This document shows positions 55,700 to 64,000 of a DNA stretch of 64,000 nucleotides, one piece after another. The notes below the pieces were generated by a model. That model searched no databases. It was not told the origin of the DNA and saw nothing but the letters and a program-made list of their open reading frames with translations. The DNA comes from Octopus sinensis (lineage: Eukaryota), in the NCBI RefSeq assembly GCF_006345805.1, contig NC_042999.1, positions 30,256,001 to 30,320,000 on the forward strand, written 5' to 3'. The number at the start of each line of letters is the position of its first letter. Within the stretch, counting starts at the first letter, position 1. Position numbers and translations under genes: made by a program.

Positions 55700-57308
55700 G
55701 TTGACTGGTTTAGGTCTATTAACAGTAAGGTGAGTACGAAGTTTATCCAGTTTGATATTTCCAATTTTCATTCGTCTATTAATCCAATAGTACTTAATAA
55801 GGCACTTTGGCTTGCTCATAACAAAGCTGGTCTCACCCGAGAAGAAATTAATGTTGTGTTGGCAGTCAGAAGATCTATTATTAAATTTGATGATAAGTTG
55901 TGGGTCCGCAAAGACACACCAGATAGTTTCGATATACCTATGGGAAGTTCTGATTCAGCACAGATAGCAGATTTGGTCTGTATATATATTCTTTTTGAAA
56001 TGGCTGAAGAGTTCCCTAACATTTATTGAGGTCTATATCGTGATGATTGTTTACTTTACCTCCAAAATGTTTCTAACCAAAAGGTACAAAAAGTTAAGAA
56101 CAGTTTAGTTAATTTTTTCAGTAGAATGGGCTTAAAAATCGTCTTTGATGACGATCTGACGAAGGCCAACTTTTTAGATATTACGCTTAATTTACACAGT
56201 GACTCTTACTTCACATATCATAAACCGTTGACCTATCTTAAGTACATTAGCAAATTTAGTAATCATCCTGGAGCAATTACTAAGAATTCAGTTAAGAATA
56301 TTTCATTTAGATTATCTAAATTATCTGCTAATGTTGATATTTTCAATAATAACGCTGAATTCTATAACTCTGCCTTAATCAAAGCAGGTTATACAGAAAA
56401 AATTTTCTACATTGATTCTGCTCAGTCTAATTGTAAATTCAATAATGTAGATAAGATTTCTAGTCGTAAAAGAATTATTGATAACAAACATAACTTACGC
56501 ACCGATACAAAGCGAATGAAGGCAGATAACCCTTATTTATTCCCCTATTACCGATCTAAAAGTAAATATAACACCTTCATAAGTAATTACGCTATGAATA
56601 CTAGTAAAAATATTTGGTTAATAATTCCTTACGGGAGACAAATTAAATATAATCTCCCACTGCTGTTTCGTCAAGCTATTGCTAGGAATTTTCCAAATAA
56701 TTCTAGATATTACTCTATAATTAATTCACATAAGGTTAGGATAAGTTTTTCAAACACAAAAAATCTCTTGCAAATTATAGCTTCTCATAATAACAAACTG
56801 TTAAATATTAATACATTTACTAATACTAACATTAATTTAGCTACTACCATCCAACCCTCTAGAAATATTAATAACAAGGTTATTGTATCTGAAGTCAATC
56901 CCAATAGAATTAAATTTATGTCAAGTAACTCTAAGATTAAAAATTCTATATACCAGTGTATAATCAGTACTCGTAATAAAGTACGATTTTATATTGGAAG
57001 CACATCGTTAGAGTTATCTAAGAGAATTTCTATCCATTACTCAACATTTAGGGATAGAAATAAACGGAATAGTACCGGTCTCAGCAAACTGATTTGGAAT
57101 TTAAAAGACCACAATGAACAATTTCATTTGGAATGGTTGATCCTCTCAATTTCGATACCATATGACAAAGGCAAGAAATTCTGTCTTCTCTGCAATTCTG
57201 AACTATTTTTCATTATTTTTTTCTAAAAATACTCTAGTAAACACGGTTATAGAACGAGCATACAGATGTAAGCATTGGCAAAAATATACTTTTAGTGCAT
57301 ATAAGTAG
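55700..57308 (+). pseudogene. PLE RT + GIY-YIG ORF with one in-frame TGA (56027-56029) and one frameshift in a T7 run (57216-57222)
   Basis: QFDISNFHSSI..PMGSSDS..GLYRDD (56030-56047)..NFLDITLN..YHKP..SNHP..SIYQC..FYIGST..CLLC; shifted frame continues RCKHWQKY to TAG 57306-57308; the two listed ORFs are in the same frame. Confidence 0.92.
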
Positions 57309-57508
57309 TCTCTATCATTATATATAGTTTAGACTTTAATTTCCTTTATATTTAACATTCACTATTAATATCCCTACTCTTTCTGTTAGCTACTTATGAC
57401 GTTATATCATATAACGTTTTTTTAAACAATATTAATAGCGTTTTGTCTATCGCTATACGAATCCATCATTTTTTGCTAAAATGTCGTATTGACAAGTTCG
57501 TTTTTTCA

Positions 57509-57593
57509 CTTTCCCGAAGAGAAGATTGCATTGTTTATACCTTTTATTCTTTTGAATAAGTATCAGTGGAATTTTTGAAACATATGTAGAAAG
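57509..57593 (+). ncRNA. Type I hammerhead with long stem II, U4C core
   Basis: CTTTC CCGAAGA GAAGATTGCATTG..ATAC..TTATTC-TTTT-GAATAA-GTAT-CAGTGGAATTTTT GAAA CATATG TA GAAAG: stem I 5 bp, stem II 12/13+4+6 bp, palindromic stem III, GUA triplet. Confidence 0.8.
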
Positions 57594-57783
57594 AAAAAAA
57601 TGCTTGTTTAAACCTGCGTTAACTCCATTTTTTATTCCTATTATTCAAATATTCAACGTAAACACGAAGTTTCAACCTTTATAAACAAGGAGTTACAACA
57701 TCTTTACTTGTGAGATTTTTGCTGCCCTGGTAACTATTCATTCATTTATCCGTGTTAATTGTTAACAAGGTAAAATACATTCA

Positions 57784-57919
<136 letters not shown>

Positions 57920-58166
57920 ATATAATATATATTTATACATGGACACATGCACATATAACATGAGAGATTCTGATATACAGAAGACCCAAAAGGCAGGTGA
58001 GGTTGTGGGAATGATTCGGAAGCACTGCTGTTAGACTCCAGGTTCTATAATATTATGAGTGAGGAGTCTAATGCGGGTCGTGTGTGAGTGTGTATATGTT
58101 ATATAAAATGATATAACAAGGCCACGGTAGTGTGATATTTTTAGGGCATTTTTAATGAGAAGGGTT

Positions 58167-58214
58167 GTCTTACAGCTGTTTCAGGGATATAAAAGTTATT
58201 CCACCATCAGAGAC
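58167..58214 (-). ncRNA. Hammerhead-like motif (A9G) in a probable pLTR remnant
   Basis: Minus: GTCT CTGATGG TGGAATA..TATCCCT GAAA CAGCTG TA AGAC. Confidence 0.6.
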
Positions 58215-60344
58215 GATATGAGTGAGTTTGAATAGAAAGAAACAACTGGGTTCATCCTTTAAGAAGTTACTGTGGAATGAGAGAGAGGAACAGGAAGTAT
58301 AAATAGAAAAGTCAATGCTTATTACTGGATGTTTGTCTGCGATTTCTCAGGTATTTTGAAAAGATTAAACCTTTTTGGCTGAACCTGCCACAATTTTGCT
58401 CTTAACACTATCACTGCCATAGCGAATGTCTTGGTAAGCTACTCTGTCCCCACAAGTCAACTGGAGGACGGTTGTATTCGTTATCTCCGTAGATGGAACT
58501 TCTTATGTGATAAAAAGTGGGAGCAAATCTTAGTGCTGCCACACTTACTATACATGGTGTTTCTTACATTTTTATCATATATTTCCTTAGAGAAAGTGGC
58601 CATCAATTACTACTGATTTCCCAATAATGGCAACTATGTATTGTACTTTGTAACACACATGTGCACCTACTTAAATGCTATTTGGGTCATGATATTTTCC
58701 TCATGTTACTGTGAATTTCTATTAATTAAACGTCTACATATATCCGGATTCCTCATAGATACACATCATGTCTTGTAATATGTGTCTTTACAGTTCACCC
58801 ATACTGCTAAAAACAAAGGGTTCATATACGTCAGGGAAGATGGCAACAAAAAATACCGGCCATCATCATTGTCATATTACTGTTGCTGAAATATTAGGTA
58901 CAAATATTAATGCGTGTCCGAAAAAAACCCTCATATTGGGATTCGATTTTTCAGTTTCGACAATGATGAAGACACACAGCACGTAGGCATTTTTCGTACA
59001 AATGTATCTCTCACGGAAAATACAAACATCACCTCTGTGAGCGTCCACATAGATTCAGTTATTAATGGCAATCAAAATAACCTTACCAATCAGGGAACAT
59101 AACGTGGTGGGATTAGATCCGAGTTACAAACCTCCTAAGTCACCGATCAAACCTAAGGTAAACGGAAAAAACAAGAATAGGTAATTGAAGTGAATGTATG
59201 TACATAGAAATAAATTAAATATATTGCAGAAATACTGACATGAAAATCCATTGTAAAATATATATTTAGTATTGTTGGGTTCTTCTTAAATTTGAAGCTT
59301 AAAGATATCACATGTATTAAACTACATAATGCAGGAAGAAATATTATATTAACAGCAAGTGATAATATAATTCGTTTTTAAAAAATGTAGAACGTTTGGA
59401 ATCTGAACAGAAAATGCAAAGCCTCCAGGTTTTTGACTATATATTAGAAAATAAATTTATTCGAAAATTAATTTAAATTTTCATATAACACTATATTCTG
59501 ATCAATATTGTTTTTACGCAGGGTATAGTTTGAAACTAGGAATGAATACAAATTTTAGTAAAATCGATTACTTAAAAATGATAAACATTAAATGACATTT
59601 CAGGTTCCAATAAAATTATCATTATAAAAGATTTATATTTTAAACAGATCATATATATTATTTTATGCTGCGTAAATCTATTTTACATTTGAATATAATT
59701 TGGTATTCCAAGGGGATTAAATTAGAGTCCCTATTTAATAGTTTCATAGTAATTCATGAATTTATTTTTTTTATAAATTTTACGTTATCTCGTCAGTAAA
59801 ATGTTTTAGTAGCAGCACAATATAATTTAAATACATTAAGGAAACCGTACATGATCAAATCACCATTTATAATGGCAGAGAACTAATTTTACAAAGAAAT
59901 TTAGTTGAATATTTTCTAATTAAAATAAAGTATATAACAAATTATATTCGATTTATATAGAATGAATATAAAAGGGTAAACATTAGAACATGTTCCTCTA
60001 TATTATGTGAGAAAAGAAATAATTACAACTTCCATATGACTACGTATTATAATGATTATTATAACTGGTAAATAATATTATGCACTACCGCACAACGAAT
60101 AAGGATTTGTCAAAAATATATAAAGTTAATATTCAATATGGAGCACAAAATGTAGACTGATTTCCATAAAATTAAAAGGAAATATCCTCAGGAAAATCAA
60201 CAATAAATTACAGCTGAAATGTATTATAAAAAGCCAAAGCTAAAGTATATAAGAGTGTACAGAGCTAAATCTAATTTTAAAGATTAATCCGCATAAATAA
60301 CTGTTACAAATGTTGGTACACGGCCAGCAGATTCAGTGTCTTGG

Positions 60345-60480
60345 GTATGCCGATTACATTGACCCAAGATCTCAACAGGTACTTCGACCTCGGTGGAATT
60401 TGAACTCAGAAATAGAAGACGGGCGTAATACAGGTATACATTTTATCCAGCGTGTAACGATTCTGTCTGTCAGTCGCCTT
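60345..60480 (-). mobile_element. SINE family A, internally deleted
   Basis: cgattacattgaccc..ggtacttcgacctcggtggaatttgaactcagaa. Confidence 0.75.
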
Positions 60481-60719
60481 AAACTGGCATAAATAAAGAA
60501 AAGCATGAACATATATCCACGTTCTCTTAGTCCTAGCTCACACTCATACACACACACCTACAACATCCACACACATACATGCACACAGACGCACATACAC
60601 GTATTAATATAATGTTCAAATAAAATATTCAAATCAAATTCACCGAACTAGCGCGAACTAGCATTTTTAAATTTGGTATTCCCTAACCATTTCTCAGCTT
60701 ACCTATGACATATTATCGA

Positions 60720-60934
60720 TTTCTTTATTGCCCACAATGGGTTAAACATAGAGGAGACAAAGGGATTAAGTCGATTACATCGACCCCAGTGCATAACTGG
60801 TACTTAGTTTACCGGCTCCGAAAGGATGAAAGGTAAAGTCGACCTCGGCGGAATTTGAACTCAGAACGTAACAGCAGACGTAATACGAATAAGCATTTCG
60901 CCCGGCATGCTAATGTTTTTGCTAGCTCACCGCC
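60720..60934 (-). mobile_element. SINE family A, full length, possible short TSD (ATGACATAT)
   Basis: Co-linear with 14508-14733; atgacatat on both flanks. Confidence 0.9.
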
Positions 60935-61948
60935 TCATGACATATAAGATAGTATAGGGCTAGAGTATAGGGTAAAATATACTGGTAAGAAACATTGGTG
61001 AGGATCTTTGCATTTTTAGTGATTATTACGAATTTACGATTTAACTTTATGATTGAGCGGTTAATTATTCAAAACTTCCAATAAGAAACAGAGAATGTGT
61101 TCTATTAGTGTAGAGAGCACGGAGTAGTAACGTAAAAACGAACAAAAAACATTACCCGTACTGAACAACAATGTTTATTCCAGAACTCGGTTGTAAATTT
61201 TACATAGTGGACTAGATAAATGAACAGGGCTTTTAATATCGTTATAGAATATTCGAAGCATTGCATTGATATAATTCAAACAAGTTATCACGTGTTTAAA
61301 CATGTGCGCCCGAGTCCCAAAAGCAAAGTTCGATTTTTCCATTCGAATTATTATTTTTTTGCAGCCCCATATTCAATAAGTCATAGATTACAGTTTTCTA
61401 TAGTTTCAGAGAAACCGATAAACACATTGTATTTCGTATATCACGAAATTTCTAAATTTTCATGACGTAATAAATGTGTGTGAGTGCATGAATACTTGTG
61501 TATGTGTGTCTCTGTGTGTGTACATATAAAAATACACGTCGTGTGTTGAGTGTAGAGGTACAGGTATATTTATCACAAATTTATATATGTATATATATAT
61601 ATGTATGTATACATATATATATATATATATGTGTGTGTGTACATATGTATGCATGTATATGTATGTTTGTATGTATTTCTAATATATATAAATATGCTTC
61701 TACACATGCTGTGTATTTTTATTTGTACACACACACACACACACACACAGATACACTAGCGTAAGTATTCACGCACTCACATATTTTTACGTCGCATTTA
61801 TATTTACATATACATATATATGTGTATGTGCGTGTGTGTTTATGTATGTATGCATGTACGGATCTGTGATTGTAAATTTAGCAAAAGAGCACACCATCTG
61901 GTGAGAGATAAATATTATTTATTTAAAGGTTACAATAAATATATTAAA

Positions 61949-62001
61949 ACGCTACTTCTAATTTCGTATGTTGAGAAAACATAAACATGTTCTTCAGGCG
62001 C
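61949..62001 (-). ncRNA. Hammerhead-like motif
   Basis: Minus: GCGC CTGAAGA ..ATGTT..AACATAC GAAA TTAGAAG TA GCGT. Confidence 0.55.
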
Positions 62002-62282
62002 AAAACACATATCATGAGAAACTAAAGAAAATGAATAATAGAAGAATCGCAAAAGAAAAAAAAAATTCAAGACAACGCATATAAGACGCAGACAGTGAAT
62101 AAGGGAAAGCGAAAAACGGAAAAGAGAGACTAAATTTCAAATATAAAAAGTCAAAGGTATAAATGTAAAAGAGCTAACCTTCTTAGGCCTTAAATGATAA
62201 AGCTTAGAATAGAAATGGGTGTCTAATTAATTTGCAAGTTTATTTAATTCTTGATTTCTTACGAGCATATACTTCAGTGTTT

Positions 62283-62672
62283 CATCTTTTACTAGTTCAG
62301 TCATTTGACTAGGGTCATTCTAGGGAATTGCCTTGAAAAATGCGTAGTCGAATGAATAGATCACAGTACGTTTTTGTTAATCTTGGTCCTTATTCTTTCG
62401 AAGACCCATGTCAAACCGCAAACGTACGTGCAAGCAATCACAACAAAACGCGTTAGGAACCGGTATGGGTGACAAACACTGGCACATAGAAATGCACACA
62501 TTGTTACTTATATACAACGGCTTTCTTACAGTTTCTGTCTACTAAATCCACTCCCAAGGTTTTGGTCGCCCCCGAGGCTAGAGTAACAGATATTTGCCCA
62601 GTGTACCACGCTCAGAGACTTAGCCCGGAACAATATGTTTGGGAAAAAAATATATCTGACCACACAGGCAGT
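62283..62672 (-). mobile_element. SINE family B, old degenerate copy
   Basis: ttcagtcatttgact..cagtttctgtctactaaatccactc.caagg..gaggcta..ttgcccag..ccggaac. Confidence 0.75.
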
Positions 62673-64000
62673 CCGGCTTTTTTAAAACATTTAAACCATA
62701 GACAGTCTTCTTAATCCCTTCTTAAGAGCCGACATTTTTTCATATGAGCCCAGTGTTTTCTTATCGACTAGTTCAAAATGGGAGCGAAAACTAAACAACC
62801 GGCGAAGTTTATATTTTTGTGAGTAAAATGTAGTCTTCATCCATTTATCCCTTCCATTGCTTTAAATTTATATTTTGAATATCAAATATTAAGAGAAAAA
62901 CTTATTTAAAATGGTAAACAAGCACCTGGATTTTTGTTAAAATAAAACTTTGATTCATTTATAAATATTATATCGCAGTAATATACTTTTACGCTTTCAT
63001 TCACACCCAGGATGATAAAGAATTAATTATCTCACTTTTCTCTTTACTTTCCCAAATTTTGCAATAAGATGATTCGCAGATAAGAAGGATATATGCATTG
63101 TTATCAAGAGCATAATCCAAGTCTTTGATTCCAAGTATTATAAACAGTATGAATGAATGACGAGATGTCCCATTCTGTACAAATCTTTCTTTCTCCCGTG
63201 TCTGTTATTTTGTCAGCATAAAGAAACTTGGGCAACTACTGCCCAGATTGATTTTCACAATTCGACTGGACGTTAAAACACAATCAGAGGTGAAGAATCC
63301 TCGAAGACGTGGATTTGTTTAAGATGGACTTCAACTTGCCAGTCAGTGACCCACACAATTGGTTTTATGGCCTTGCTCTGCGGCACATATAGAATGAGAC
63401 ATGTATTATACAATTGTGAAACTGCAACGAACTGTCCATGCCTTGTTTATAGTTGTGAGTTGCGACTTCTGTAGCATGTTCGTCATCCGTTTTCGCATTC
63501 ATCTGCTGAGATTTATTGTGGTCATCATCCGCTTTTTTACTGTTGGGGGTATTTGGAGGTTGGCCGCACTTAGTTTGTGTCCTCCTCCTTGTACTTGTCA
63601 TCAAAAGTGACCCTAACAGGAGTTCAGATCTGAAGAAATAACTGTCAGAGTCATTGATCCATACAACCCCTTCAACCGCAACGAATGCCGACCATGAGAC
63701 GGGTGGAAAACAATTTGATTACCGCTGTGACAAAATACGAAAGTGTCAGAACCATCTAAATATCGTAATTGCTCTGAGAATCTGGCCGTCAACGAATTGA
63801 AGCAGCTGCTAATCTCTAGAAAGAACCTTCGGTTCAGTTCCATGTATCGACGATTGAAACACAGATGTTGTACCGAGGTCTGGTGAAAAGGCCTGTTAAA
63901 ATCTCAAGAATCATTCTTTGTATTCTCGCCAGTTCCAGAGTGGAAGTGCTAATTCCATTATCTTCCGGTATTTTCGACAGCAGTTCGATTATTCCTCAAA

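Noticed and set aside
57309-57500. SECIS element supporting selenocysteine at the RT TGA
   Set aside because: ATGA is followed by a simple palindromic hairpin; no AA apical motif with a closing GA quartet could be built by eye
58768-59102. Short ORFs with a hydrophobic stretch and three N-glycosylation sequons
   Set aside because: The pieces lie in different frames with stops, and no recognisable domain
59740-59800. Minus-strand CTGACGA candidate hammerhead
   Set aside because: GAAT instead of GAAA and no real stem II in very AT-rich sequence
63150-64000. GC-richer coding-like block at the window end
   Set aside because: All frames are interrupted and no motif was recognised; needs tblastx and the adjacent window

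Overview
AT-rich, microsatellite-dense eukaryotic non-genic DNA. The repeat families suggest an octopus-like cephalopod (inference). No intact host gene, rRNA, tRNA gene or CRISPR array is supported, and nearly all listed ORFs are read-throughs of simple repeats. The window is a transposon graveyard dominated by Penelope-like elements (PLEs). There is a young fold-back insertion encoding a GIY-YIG endonuclease (30313-32292), a nearly intact RT+GIY-YIG element with one stop and one frameshift (55700-57786), two further PLE 3' ends and many solo or inverted pseudo-LTRs. Also present are two tRNA-derived SINE families, decayed Gypsy and mariner relics and Helitron-like pieces. The main signal is about 20 minimal type I hammerhead-ribozyme (HHR)-like motifs from roughly 10 unrelated sequence contexts, often in inverted pairs and inside (TA)n tracts. 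Three unrelated families carry the same non-canonical core, CCGANGA (U4C), within otherwise recognisable folds. A 631-bp terminally redundant non-coding element with an internal HHR looks like a circular-RNA (retrozyme-type) insertion. All folds were assigned by eye and no activity is demonstrated.
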